Assembly: GCA_963823555.1 (NCBI GenBank)
Contig: CAWGMA010000003.1
Span: 416,001-480,000 of the forward strand
Length of the DNA stretch: 64,000 nt
Source of the DNA: Candidatus Eiseniibacteriota bacterium
GTDB lineage: Bacteria; Eisenbacteria; RBG-16-71-46; CAVPCR01
Reading direction: 5' to 3'
Below are positions 1-8,958 of this stretch, in pieces (position 1 is the first letter of the stretch; each line of letters starts with the position of its first letter). The position numbers and the translations under genes were made by a program. The notes beneath the pieces are model-generated. The model was not told the origin of the DNA. It did no database searches and saw only the letters and a list, made by a program, of their open reading frames with translations.

Positions 1-173
1 GCTCGTGCCGCCCGGGCTTGAGGCACGCGTTTTGGGCGGAGAGTGCGCTGGTGTAGCCAGCTCCCGCCGCTCGTGCTTCGGCGAGGAAGAAGTGGGGAGA
101 GGTGTAACGGTAGGGGCGGAGTTCAGGAGAGCCGAGATTTCTGGGAGTTGTCGGGAGAGGGCGTCGTCGCTGC

Positions 174-341
174 GCCTAACGCGCGGCTAGGCGGCTCCGC
201 TCACTCGCTGCGCTCGCATCGCTTCGCCCAACCCGGCGCTTCCGTCACGGCGCTTGCGGCCGGGGGCGATGTTGAGGTTCGACCTTTCTGCGGCAAGCGC
301 CGCGCCGGGCGCCGGGTTCGCCAGCCGCGGTATCGTTTGGC
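174..341 (+). repeat. attC-like site 1
   Basis: gcctaac...cgccagccgcggtatc GTTTGGC; arms aacccggcgc/gcgccgggtt and cggcgcttgc/gcaagcgccg. Confidence 0.92.
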
Positions 342-362
342 GCCACGCTACATCTAGCTCAT

Positions 363-1001
363 ATGAGAGACTTCATGCAGCATCTTTGGATGTCCATGTG
401 GGTCGCATGCTACCTTGCATGCGTCGTTGGCTGCCATCGGGACGATCACGAAGTGTCCGCCATCTCGTTGAGAATCGAGCGCCGCCTCGGACTCAAGTTG
501 CCCTGCGAAATCCATAGCGCCCAAGAGTACGATGATGGGGGGTCAATTGGCGGGACAATCCTGGACGCTACCGGGCAACAACTCCAGTTCTGGTGGGATG
601 GCGGCATGCGCCTTCGTCCTGAGGATGTTAGCCACTTAGGCGATCGATTCGGTACTACAGATCCCGTAACCTCAGGTCCACGTTTGGTGTACTTGGGCGC
701 CCATCATCGAGAAGACCGCCAGGCGCGCGCACTTCTAGTTGGCAGCGCGGAGGAAAGTGCCTTCGTTGATGTGCTGCGTCTGGCTGTGTCGAAACACTTC
801 CCATTAGCCACTCAGGACAGCATTGCGGCCATCTGGATGGACCACCGCCCACTTTCCGGCAGAACCGCTTTGGCAGATCATCTTTCCCGTTCAGAGACTC
901 ATGAACTCGAAGCCATTCGCCTTGCGGTCCTTCTGAGAATGCAGCGTTCGGGCACCACAATCGATCCAATGTCGTGCCCGTCGGCGACGGTTCCCCAATG
1001 A
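363..1001 (+). CDS. Cassette 1: hypothetical exported protein or lipoprotein
   Basis: 212 aa ORF filling the cassette; hydrophobic N-terminus ending VVGC. Confidence 0.65.
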   Translation: MRDFMQHLWMSMWVACYLACVVGCHRDDHEVSAISLRIERRLGLKLPCEIHSAQEYDDGGSIGGTILDATGQQLQFWWDGGMRLRPEDVSHLGDRFGTTDPVTSGPRLVYLGAHHREDRQARALLVGSAEESAFVDVLRLAVSKHFPLATQDSIAAIWMDHRPLSGRTALADHLSRSETHELEAIRLAVLLRMQRSGTTIDPMSCPSATVPQ

Positions 1002-1021
1002 TAGAACAAGTTACGCGTGGC

Positions 1022-1180
1022 GCCAAACACGCGGCCTGGCGGCTCCGCTCGCTACGCTCGCTTCGCCTAACCCGGCGCTTTCCGTCACGGCGCTTGCAGT
1101 GACGGGCCGCGCTGGAGTCCATCTTGCTGCGGCAAGCGCCGTGCCGGGCGCCGGGTTCGCCAGCCGCGGTATCGTTAGCC
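1022..1180 (+). repeat. attC-like site 2
   Basis: gccaaac...GTTAGCC, same repeat family. Confidence 0.92.
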
Positions 1181-1202
1181 GCCCGCCCGGGGAAGCACCT
1201 TG

Positions 1203-1756
1203 ATGAAGTTCGGCTTGGCCTCGTCGCCCTCATTCGCCGCACTGCACCTGGTGTTGACCATTGCGCATCGGGCCCAGCGGTTGGCTACAGCCAGGAGCCA
1301 GGCGACGCAACCTACGTATTCGTTGCGCGCGCCAGCGGTTGCTATCGTCTCGAAGTGCTCGGCCGTTCAAGAGTCCTCCCCCGCGGGGCGCCGCCGGGGT
1401 TCCCCCAGGCGTCACTTCCTCGGGTGTTTCGCTTGCTCCCACAGCGAGATCAGCGTCGCATCGTTGACTTCGAGGGCATCGGCTCGCGATCATCGACCCG
1501 CTCTGACGCACTCGGAGCATGGCAAGTAGCGCCTCTACCATTCCCGCCCAATTCATCATCGTGGAGCCATTCTGGTTGGGAACCCTTCGCTGAGGGCGAC
1601 AGCATCAAGGTCACATGGGTGTGGGGCTACGAAGCCAGCGTGCTCCTCCTCGGTGTAGCTCCGGATACTCTCCACGGCGTGCTAGAACGGCGCGCCGACA
1701 TTGGTGGACCACAGAGCATCGAAAGAGTCATCGCCATTCGCATGAAATGCCAGTGA
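1203..1756 (+). CDS. Cassette 2: hypothetical protein; start uncertain, possible 5' frameshift
   Basis: Long frame ends at 1756 just before the next attC, but the ATG at 1203 is in another frame. Confidence 0.4.
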
Positions 1757-1772
1757 TGGTGTTCCACAGGGC

Positions 1773-1937
1773 GGCTAACGCGCGGCTAGGCGGCTCCGCT
1801 CGCTCGCTCCGCTCGCATCGCTACGCCCAACCCGCCGTCCGTCACGGCGCTTGCGATCGGAGACGGGTTGAGGTTCGCTCTTGCTGCGGCAAGCGCCGCG
1901 CCGGCCGCCGGGTTCGCCAGGCCGCGAAACGTTATAC
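1773..1937 (+). repeat. attC-like site 3
   Basis: ggctaac...GTTATAC. Confidence 0.92.
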
Positions 1938-1966
1938 GCCCGCACGCTAACCACCGGGAGGTGGTG

Positions 1967-2862
1967 ATGATCAGACATCTCTCCTTGTTGGGATGCATCC
2001 TGCTCTCGGTCCTTCCAGTGGCAGCGGCTGTAGTGCCGACCAATGCCTTCGCAGACGGCACCTGGCAATTCCTAAGTTCGTTTCTCTGTAATGCCGACGA
2101 CATCGCAATTGACTCGCAACACAACGTCTACGTCCTAGACATGGGCGAGTACCCTACGATAAAGGTCTTCAATTTCCAGGGCGACCTCTTGCGTGAAGAA
2201 TGGGGCTTCGCCTATGCAAGGGCCATCGCTATCGATGACGATGACTTTCTCTATGTCTTGAACTACCTTCACGAGGGCTACTCCCGGCGAGGTTGGGTTG
2301 AAACGGTACGACCTGAACTTCCAACCGCATGGAGGCTGGGACTATGCCAGTAGCGATCTCGAGATGGGCACAGCAATCGACGTACACGGTGGGATTGCCT
2401 ATATAGCCACGGTGCAATAGTCTACTCAAGTTTTCGACCAGCGGGGTACTGCTCGATACCTTCGCCTGGGGCTGGTGGCGGGTCGCGGTCGCAATCGACG
2501 GAAGCGTATGGGTCGCGCAGTACTACGGAGGCTTGGTGCGACACTACTCCGCCGACGGCGACATCCTCCACGAGTGGCGCACGATTCTTCCAGGGGAGCA
2601 ATACAGTGCCCCGAACGACATCGCAGTCGACTCGCGGCAGCGCGTCATCGTTGCAGATTTGGAGGCAATGCTGGTGAAGGTCTTTCGCGCGGATGGCATT
2701 CTCGATAGCACGATTGAGCTCTGGCCCTTTTCTATCGCTCTGGATGGCGACAACATCCTCCATGTCGGTGCGTCGGAGCCAATGTACCTTATGAAGTTTG
2801 TATACGTCCCAGTTTCGGTGGATCAGTCATCGTGGGGCAGGATCAAGGCCGCATTCAAGTAG
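1967..2862 (+). pseudogene. Cassette 3: secreted NHL-repeat beta-propeller with C-terminal SWGRIK tail; two apparent frameshifts (~2303, ~2410)
   Basis: Signal peptide; repeats DIAIDSQHNVYVLD, AIAIDDDDFLYV, VAIDGSVWVA and PNDIAVDSRQRVIVAD; coding sense switches across three frames; RBS GGAGGT. Confidence 0.75.
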
Positions 2863-2912
2863 ATGACAACGCGAGCGAAAGAACAGCCCGATTCTGGTCC
2901 CTTCGTGCGGGC

Positions 2913-3077
2913 GCATAACGCGCGGCTGGGCGGCTCCGCTCGCTCGCTGCGCTCGCATCGCTTCGCCCAACCCGCCGTCCGTCACGGCGCTTGCCGTGAC
3001 GGGCCGCGCTGGAGGTCACCTTGCTCCGGCAAGCGCCGTGCCGTCCGCCGGGTTCGCCAGCCACGGTATCGTTATGC
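2913..3077 (+). repeat. attC-like site 4
   Basis: gcataac...GTTATGC. Confidence 0.92.
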
Positions 3078-3159
3078 GTCCGGCACCTCCGCCGACAGGG
3101 GTCTTTGAACTACCGGCTTTGTCGAGTACTCTCTTCGCCCGGAGGCCAGCCAGGAATCC

Positions 3160-3504
3160 ATGCCACCCATCGCCAACGCGGACCGGGCCGTCATCGAGCC
3201 GCAAAAGCTCAGGGGCTATCTCCTCTCCCGAACTCACGCCGTCGGGCGCTTCAAAGCCATCTTCTTTCGGTCGCTCGGCTATTCCGCCTCTCGCTGGCAA
3301 CGTCTCGAGGCCGACCTCCGGGCTCACCTCTTGGCCAATGACCCCGCCTTCGAGGAGGAGTCTCCCTACGGCCGCAAGTACCTCATTCGTGGTACCCTTC
3401 GTGGACCCAATGGCCGCCAGGCGGAGGTCGTCGCCATCTGGATCCTCCTCGCCGGGGACACCATCCCTCGCTTCGTAACCGCCTATCCGGGGGAACGGAA
3501 ATGA
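3160..3504 (+). CDS. Cassette 4: DUF6883-like putative toxin
   Basis: KLRGYLL..H..GRFKA.FF..LGY and W....G.TIPRFVTAYP resemble DUF6883; overlaps next gene (ATGA). Confidence 0.7.
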   Translation: MPPIANADRAVIEPQKLRGYLLSRTHAVGRFKAIFFRSLGYSASRWQRLEADLRAHLLANDPAFEEESPYGRKYLIRGTLRGPNGRQAEVVAIWILLAGDTIPRFVTAYPGERK

Positions 3505-3734
3505 GCTTTCACACCCTCGATACCGTCGTCCTCAACAAGGACCTGCCCGAGCACAGCCTGAGGGCTGGCGATCTCGGTGCCGTTGTCCAGGTCTACGAAC
3601 CTGACGGCCTCGAGGTCGAATTCGTCACCGCCTCTGGGAAGACCGAAGCCGTGGTCACACTTCATGCCTCCGATGTCCGCCACGTCGAGGACAGCGACAT
3701 CATCGCCGTTCGACGCCTTAAGCGCTCTGCATAG
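3501..3734 (+). CDS. Cassette 4: DUF4926 family protein (putative antitoxin)
   Basis: LDTVVLNKDLPEHSLRAGDLGAVVQVY..EVEFV..G.T.AV pattern. Confidence 0.8.
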   Translation: MSFHTLDTVVLNKDLPEHSLRAGDLGAVVQVYEPDGLEVEFVTASGKTEAVVTLHASDVRHVEDSDIIAVRRLKRSA

Positions 3735-3808
3735 CGTCAAGCTCCCCGCGAGCCGCGCTCTCCGCTTCTCAACAGAGATCATCGGGCGACATTGAAGGGG
3801 TGCCGGAC

Positions 3809-3968
3809 GCATAACACGCGGCCTGGCGGCTCCGCTCGCTGCGCTTGCTCCGCCCAACCCGGCGCTTTCCGTCACGGCGCTTGCCGTCAGGGGCTGGGTT
3901 GGGATTCAGTCTTTCTGCGGCAAGCGCCGCGCCGGCCACCGGGTTCGCCAGCCGCGGTATCGTTTTGC
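3809..3968 (+). repeat. attC-like site 5
   Basis: gcataac...GTTTTGC. Confidence 0.92.
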
Positions 3969-4015
3969 GTCAACCCCTGCCACCAGCTGCACCACAACCG
4001 GGGCCCGCGGCTCTC

Positions 4016-4052
4016 TTGATGTGGCGAGGCGATCTCGCTACAATCGCGCCAC
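4016..4052 (+). promoter_or_regulatory. Sigma70-like promoter of the antitoxin/Fic cassette with overlapping inverted repeat
   Basis: TTGATG-N17-TACAAT (4016-4044); gtggcg...cgccac inverted repeat. Confidence 0.6.
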
Positions 4053-4064
4053 GAGGTGAATCCA

Positions 4065-4259
4065 ATGGAACTGTCTCTCAAGCTCACACAGGCTCAGGAG
4101 CGCCAGCTGGCGGATATCGCCGCTCGCCTTCACGTCTCACCATCCGACCTCGCCGCCGCTGCGATCCGCGACCTCCTATCACACCCCGACGACGCTTTCA
4201 CCGAGGCTGCCGAGCGCGTGCTGGCCAAGAATCTCGAGCTCTATAGACGGTTGGCGTAA
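4065..4259 (+). CDS. Cassette 5: small antitoxin paired with Fic/Doc toxin
   Basis: 64 aa, ends AAERVLAKNLELYRRLA as seen in Doc-associated antitoxins; RBS GAGGT. Confidence 0.75.
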   Translation: MELSLKLTQAQERQLADIAARLHVSPSDLAAAAIRDLLSHPDDAFTEAAERVLAKNLELYRRLA

Positions 4260-4658
4260 GTGCGCTACCTCACGCTGGCCGAAGTCCTTGAACTCCACCA
4301 GTTGCTCGTTCAACGCACTGGCGGCGCTGCTGGCGTTCGGGACTTCGGGGCACTCGAGTCAGCCATCGCCCAGGCGCGGCTGTCTTTCCAAGGTGCCGAT
4401 TTCTACCCCGAGATCGAGGACAAGGCGGCAGCTCTCGGCTACTTCATCATCAGCGGGCACCCCTTTGTTGACGGCAACAAGAGGGTCGGGCATGCCGCCA
4501 TGGAGGTTCTGCTGCTTCTCAACAACAGGCGTTTGGATGCGTCCGTCGACGACAGCGAGCACATCGTTCTCGAGATCGCTAACGGCCGCTGCTCACGCGA
4601 TCAGCTCGCGCATTGGCTTCGCGCACACACCTCGCCTATCTCGACCGAATCTCCCTGA
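4260..4658 (+). CDS. doc: Cassette 5: Fic/Doc (death-on-curing) family toxin
   Basis: HPFVDGNKR Fic motif; GVRDFGALESA. Confidence 0.9.
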   Translation: MRYLTLAEVLELHQLLVQRTGGAAGVRDFGALESAIAQARLSFQGADFYPEIEDKAAALGYFIISGHPFVDGNKRVGHAAMEVLLLLNNRRLDASVDDSEHIVLEIANGRCSRDQLAHWLRAHTSPISTESP

Positions 4659-4709
4659 AGCGCAGGCCTTCGCCTCTCAGCCTCTCTGTGTCTTCCTCCC
4701 GGGGTTGGC

Positions 4710-4884
4710 GCAAAACACGTGGCCTGCTGGCTCCCCGTGCGCCGGCTGCGCCGGCCACGGGGTCGCGCAACCCGCCGCTGTCCGTCACGGCGCTTGCTTG
4801 CTTGGTTGCTGCTGCCTTCTCCGCCTCCGTCGCGGCAAGCGCCGCGCCGGGGCGGCGGGTTCAGCAGCCGCGGTATCGTTAGGC
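4710..4884 (+). repeat. attC-like site 6 (most divergent copy)
   Basis: gcaaaac...GTTAGGC; retains ccgtcacggcgcttgc/gcaagcgccg and agccgcggtatc. Confidence 0.85.
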
Positions 4885-4929
4885 GCACGCCGGACGCCGA
4901 TTCTCCTGGCGATCCGAGGAGGAAGAGAG

Positions 4930-6255
4930 ATGCTGTTGTTTGGCAAAGGCGCGGTTTTGCTTGGACTGGCAGCCTTGCTCCAAGTCTCGCCGGGCGAGGC
5001 GCGCACATTGATCGTCCCTGACCAGTACCCGACCATCCAGCAGGCGGTAAATGCGAGCGCCCAGGGCGATACGGTGCTCGTTCGACCGGGGACATACTTC
5101 GGCACGGTCGTGCTCGACGAACGCGGACTCACTCTCACGAGTGAACAGGGTGCGGAGGCGACCGTCCTCGATGGCCAGCAGTCCGGCCCCGTCCTGGCGT
5201 TCTCCTATGCCGGAGTTACCATCGAGGGATTCACCATCCGTAACGCTGGCGACAACGGCATTCGCGGGATCAACTCGACGGTCACCGTCCGCGACTGCGC
5301 CATCATCGACAATCAGGGGGCCGGAAACGATGGTGGTGGCGTTATGTTTCGCGCCTGCATCATCACATTCGTGAACAACCGAGTCATTGGCAACGTAGCC
5401 ATGCTCGATGGTGGCGGCTTGTATCTGTATGCCTGTCAGGGCCTCATCGATGGTTGCATCATCGCAGACAATCGAGCGAGTTCCGGCGGCGGCGTCATTT
5501 TCAACGTCTCCACATTTCCATATCTACATCTGCGGAACACCGTGATCGCGCGGAACACCGCCATGTTGTATGGCGGGGGTGTGCTAGTCAACAGCGGCGC
5601 GCGGCCTCATCTGTGGAACGCGACCATAGTGGGGAATTCTGCCGAGCATTCCGGCGGTGGCATATGGCTCAACGCTACCTCTGCTCCTTATGTCTGGCTG
5701 ACCCTCGTGGCCATAAACGCGGCACCGGTGGGCGGTGGCGTTCACGGATTCCAGCCTGGCGCGAATCCTACCTACTATTGCAGCGACCTTTGGGGGAACG
5801 CTGGCGGCAATTTCGGCGGCTACTTACAGAACCCGATCGGCATTAATGGCAACATCTCACTGGACCCGCAGTTCTGCGATGCGGACGCCGGGGACTACCG
5901 GGTTCTACCGTCTTCGCCTTGCCTGCCGGAGAATCACCCGGGCGGCTGCGGCCCAATCGGTGCCCTCGGTGCTTGCCCTGCAAGCGCTCTCGAACTCCCT
6001 GCCTCTGAACAGATGCTCCATCTGACCGTCTCGCCGAATCCGAGTCGGGCGTCGGTGACAATCGCGACGCCAGCCAGATTCCTCCCGGCGATGGCCGAGC
6101 TGTACGATGCCAGCGGCCGGCACCACGGACGACGGCTGCTACGTTCGGAGCATGAGGAATGGGTACTCGATACCACTGCCCCGGGAGGCGTGTACTTTCT
6201 TGTGGTCCAGCACGGCGCCGCAACCTCGACCGTCAAGGTTGTCGTGGTACGGTGA
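4930..6255 (+). CDS. Cassette 6: secreted right-handed beta-helix (pectin-lyase fold, GGG repeats) with C-terminal T9SS/FlgD-like Ig domain
   Basis: Signal peptide; VPDQYPTIQQAV..GDTVLVRPGTY; N.A..GGG repeats; C-terminal SPNP..YDASGR..GVYFL. Confidence 0.85.
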   Translation: MLLFGKGAVLLGLAALLQVSPGEARTLIVPDQYPTIQQAVNASAQGDTVLVRPGTYFGTVVLDERGLTLTSEQGAEATVLDGQQSGPVLAFSYAGVTIEGFTIRNAGDNGIRGINSTVTVRDCAIIDNQGAGNDGGGVMFRACIITFVNNRVIGNVAMLDGGGLYLYACQGLIDGCIIADNRASSGGGVIFNVSTFPYLHLRNTVIARNTAMLYGGGVLVNSGARPHLWNATIVGNSAEHSGGGIWLNATSAPYVWLTLVAINAAPVGGGVHGFQPGANPTYYCSDLWGNAGGNFGGYLQNPIGINGNISLDPQFCDADAGDYRVLPSSPCLPENHPGGCGPIGALGACPASALELPASEQMLHLTVSPNPSRASVTIATPARFLPAMAELYDASGRHHGRRLLRSEHEEWVLDTTAPGGVYFLVVQHGAATSTVKVVVVR

Positions 6256-6297
6256 TCGCTTCGTTGCTTTCGGCGTGTCTTTGAGTTGCCCGCGTGC

Positions 6298-6456
6298 GCC
6301 TAACACGCGGCCTGGCGGCTCCGCTCGCTGCGCTCGCTTCGCCCAACCCGGCGCTCTCCGTCACGGCGCTTGCCGTGACGGGCCGTGCTGGAGGCCACCT
6401 TGCTGCGGCAAGCGCCGTGCCGGGCGCCGGGTTCGCCAGTCGCGGTATCGTTATAC
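6298..6456 (+). repeat. attC-like site 7
   Basis: gcctaac...GTTATAC. Confidence 0.92.
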
Positions 6457-6516
6457 GGCAGACGAGTGCCCTGTCGATCTCCTAACGACCCGCTGTCGGA
6501 GACAAGGCGGACGTAC

Positions 6517-6545
6517 TTGCCAAAGCCCTGATGCTCCGCTAGTCT
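6517..6545 (+). promoter_or_regulatory. Promoter of cassette 7 TA pair (probably leaderless transcript)
   Basis: TTGCCA-N17-TAGTCT, 6 nt before the GTG at 6552. Confidence 0.55.
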
Positions 6546-6551
6546 CGCTGC

Positions 6552-6833
6552 GTGGAGCTTCGGTTCTACATCGACCCAGAAACCGGCGAGCCGCATATCA
6601 ACGGTCACGGTGTTTCGGACATTGAGGTGTCCGACGTGATGGCCCGTCCACTCGAGGATCGACCCGGCCGCGAGGGGGCTCGAGTCACCCTCGGTCAGAC
6701 TCGCGGCGGTCGCTACCTTCGGGTCATCTATGTCCCGGACCCCGTTCCCGGCTCGGTGTTCGTGATCACTGCCTACGAGGTTGGGCCAAAGGTGCGGCAC
6801 GCGTTGCGGCGGCGCCTCAAGAAGAGACAATGA
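6552..6833 (+). CDS. Cassette 7: BrnT/DUF4258-like (RelE-fold) putative toxin
   Basis: HI..HGVS..EV...LGQT.GGRYLRVIY..VFVITAY pattern. Confidence 0.75.
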   Translation: MELRFYIDPETGEPHINGHGVSDIEVSDVMARPLEDRPGREGARVTLGQTRGGRYLRVIYVPDPVPGSVFVITAYEVGPKVRHALRRRLKKRQ

Positions 6834-7039
6834 GCCAAACACAAGACAGCAGGTTCCCCCCGGGCTGGGATGAGGAGCGGGTACGCCGAGTGCTGGAGCA
6901 TTACGCTTCGCAGACGGATGAAGAAGCCCTTGCTGAGGACGAAGCGGCCTACGAGGAAACTACCCACACGACGATCAGTATCCCCGTCGAACTGGTGCCC
7001 GAGGTCCGCGAGCTTCTTGCCAAGCGAAAGCTCGCCTAG
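6830..7039 (+). CDS. Cassette 7: small acidic putative antitoxin
   Basis: FPPGWDEERVRRVLEHY..QT.EEA.AEDEAA; ATGA overlap with toxin. Confidence 0.7.
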   Translation: MSQTQDSRFPPGWDEERVRRVLEHYASQTDEEALAEDEAAYEETTHTTISIPVELVPEVRELLAKRKLA

Positions 7040-7144
7040 CGCCTCAGGTGCCCTCAGCGCGGCATCACCACAGCCGAGCCACTTCGTGCCTCGAGTGACA
7101 CGCGGCGCGCAACCGAGCCTGCGCTGTCCCATTCCACGCCGCTC

Positions 7145-7310
7145 GCATAACACGCGGCTGGGCGGCTCCGCTCGCTCGCTACGCTCGCATCGCTCCGCCC
7201 AACCCGGTCGTCCGTCACGGCGCTTGCCGTGACGGGCCGCGCTGGAGGCCACCTTGCTGCGGCAAGCGCCGTGCCGGGCGCCGGGTTCGCCAGCCGCGGT
7301 ATCGTTATAC
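7145..7310 (+). repeat. attC-like site 8
   Basis: gcataac...GTTATAC. Confidence 0.92.
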
Positions 7311-7367
7311 GGCAGACGAGTGCCATAGCCAGCCCCCGAAGCGCCAATCCAGCCGCTAGCTGAACTA

Positions 7368-7403
7368 ATAACGCTTGCCGTTATGTCCAGCGATTGCTAC
7401 CCT
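7368..7403 (+). promoter_or_regulatory. higBA promoter with operator palindrome
   Basis: ATAACG-N5-CGTTAT (7368-7384) overlapping TTGCCG-N17-TACCCT, with extended TG. Confidence 0.65.
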
Positions 7404-7410
7404 CGGTGGC

Positions 7411-7692
7411 GTGATTCGCAGCTTTGGCGACCGCGAGACCGAGAGGGTCTTCCGTGGAGGGCATTCGCGCAGGCTCCCGACTGACTTGCAGCGCATTGCC
7501 CAGCGAAAGCTCGCTATGCTGGACGCTGCCCAGAACCTGCATGACCTTCGGGTGCCCCCAGGCAATCGCTTGGAGCGGCTCTCCGGAGATCGCGCGGGCC
7601 AGTATAGTATTCGAATCAATGACCAGTGGCGCATCTGCTTCGTCTGGGCAGAGGGAGATGCGCACGACGTTGAAATCGTCGACTACCACTGA
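7411..7692 (+). CDS. higB: Cassette 8: HigB (RelE family) toxin
   Basis: MIRSF.D.ETE; DLRVPPGNRLERLSGDRAGQYSIRINDQWRICF..VEIVDYH. Confidence 0.93.
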   Translation: MIRSFGDRETERVFRGGHSRRLPTDLQRIAQRKLAMLDAAQNLHDLRVPPGNRLERLSGDRAGQYSIRINDQWRICFVWAEGDAHDVEIVDYH

Positions 7693-7704
7693 GAAGCGTA
7701 AGCA

Positions 7705-8010
7705 ATGCCTAAGAAGAACCGACCACCAGTTCACCCCGGTGAGATCTTGCTGGAGGAGTTCCTCAATCCAATGGGGATCAGCCAGTACCGGCTTGCGCGG
7801 GACATCAGTGTCCCTCCCCGCCGAATCAACGAGATCGTGCATGGCAAGCGAGCGGTCACTGCGGATACGGCGCTTCGGCTGTCACGGTACTTCGGTACCT
7901 CGGATCGGTTCTGGCTCAATCTGCAGGTGAGATACGATCTGGAGGTTGAGCGTGCCCGTCTTCGGGGTCGGCTCACTCGGGAAGTGACTGTCCTGCGGAA
8001 GGCGGGATAG
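7705..8010 (+). CDS. higA: Cassette 8: HigA antitoxin
   Basis: PVHPGEILLEEFL.PMGISQYRLA..RINEIVHGKRAVTADTALRL..FWLNLQ..YDL. Confidence 0.93.
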   Translation: MPKKNRPPVHPGEILLEEFLNPMGISQYRLARDISVPPRRINEIVHGKRAVTADTALRLSRYFGTSDRFWLNLQVRYDLEVERARLRGRLTREVTVLRKAG

Positions 8011-8045
8011 CACAGGGCGCTGCGCGGGCTCTTGGTTCGTCTGCC

Positions 8046-8063
8046 GCATAAGGGCAGTTAGCC
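8046..8063 (+). repeat. Collapsed attC scar (R'' and R' boxes only)
   Basis: gcataa-gggca-GTTAGCC; left side complements the start of cassette 8, right side complements the end of cassette 9. Confidence 0.8.
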
Positions 8064-8099
8064 GAACCCCACGGGTCCCGAGCACATGAGGCTACGTCC

Positions 8100-8723
8100 A
8101 TGCTGTGTAGATGCCCTCTTCCGCACTTGCTCGTGGTCGCCATCGCTATTGGCTTCACCGCGGCCATGGACGCCGAGGCAGTGCCGACGATCGTGATGGA
8201 CGTGCAGGGTGAACTCGTCTTCTGCCCTGCAGTAGACCCCTGTGTCGCACCGAATCAGCCGCGGGTGAATATCCCGGCGATTGAGCAGTGGTTCTATGCC
8301 TACGTCTTCGCGCGCAACTACGACGATGTCGCCGCGATCCAGTGGGCCTTTGACTGGCCTCCGACCTTGGTCGTCGGCGGTGGCTTCTGGCTGTGCCCTC
8401 CCGGCTCCATCGGGATTCCCGAGCAGCCACCGTATGGTCCCGGCCCGATCGCCGGCAGCTGCGGTGCCATCTTCAATTGCGTCTCCGGCGGGGCTTCGAT
8501 GTTGATCGGGTGGGTTGGCGTGCGCCCCGGAACTGGATGCCTCGAGATCATTGAATCCGGGTTTCCAAATGGCACGCATATTGTCACATGCTCCGGGGCG
8601 ATCGTACCCGTCCCACCTGCCAACCGAGGCAAGATCTGCGTCGGTGAGGGCGGCATTGACGCCTGCAAGTCTCTGGTTCCTGTCACGCCAGCAACCTGGG
8701 GTGCAATCAAGAACACCTATTGA
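8100..8723 (+). CDS. Cassette 9: secreted Cys-rich protein with C-terminal TWGAIK tail
   Basis: Signal peptide; ARNYD..IQWAFDW; GCLEIIES..P.GTH; PANR..ICVG.GG..C; paralog of 18427-19065. Confidence 0.8.
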   Translation: MLCRCPLPHLLVVAIAIGFTAAMDAEAVPTIVMDVQGELVFCPAVDPCVAPNQPRVNIPAIEQWFYAYVFARNYDDVAAIQWAFDWPPTLVVGGGFWLCPPGSIGIPEQPPYGPGPIAGSCGAIFNCVSGGASMLIGWVGVRPGTGCLEIIESGFPNGTHIVTCSGAIVPVPPANRGKICVGEGGIDACKSLVPVTPATWGAIKNTY

Positions 8724-8759
8724 TCTGTCGTGAGAGCGCACTATGGTGGGGTGGGGTTC

Positions 8760-8917
8760 GGCTAACGCGTGGCCGGCGGCTCCGCTTGCTGCGCTCGCTA
8801 CGCCCAACCCGGCGCTTTCCGTCACGGCGCTTGCAGTGACGGGCCGCGCTGGAGGCTCCCTTGCTGCGGCAAGCGCCGCGCCGGGCGCCGGGTTCGCCAG
8901 CCGCGGTATCGTTAAGC
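8760..8917 (+). repeat. attC-like site 9
   Basis: ggctaac...GTTAAGC. Confidence 0.92.
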
Positions 8918-8958
8918 GCCCTACGCCATTGGTCTTAAGAAGAACCGGCCTGGAGTCC

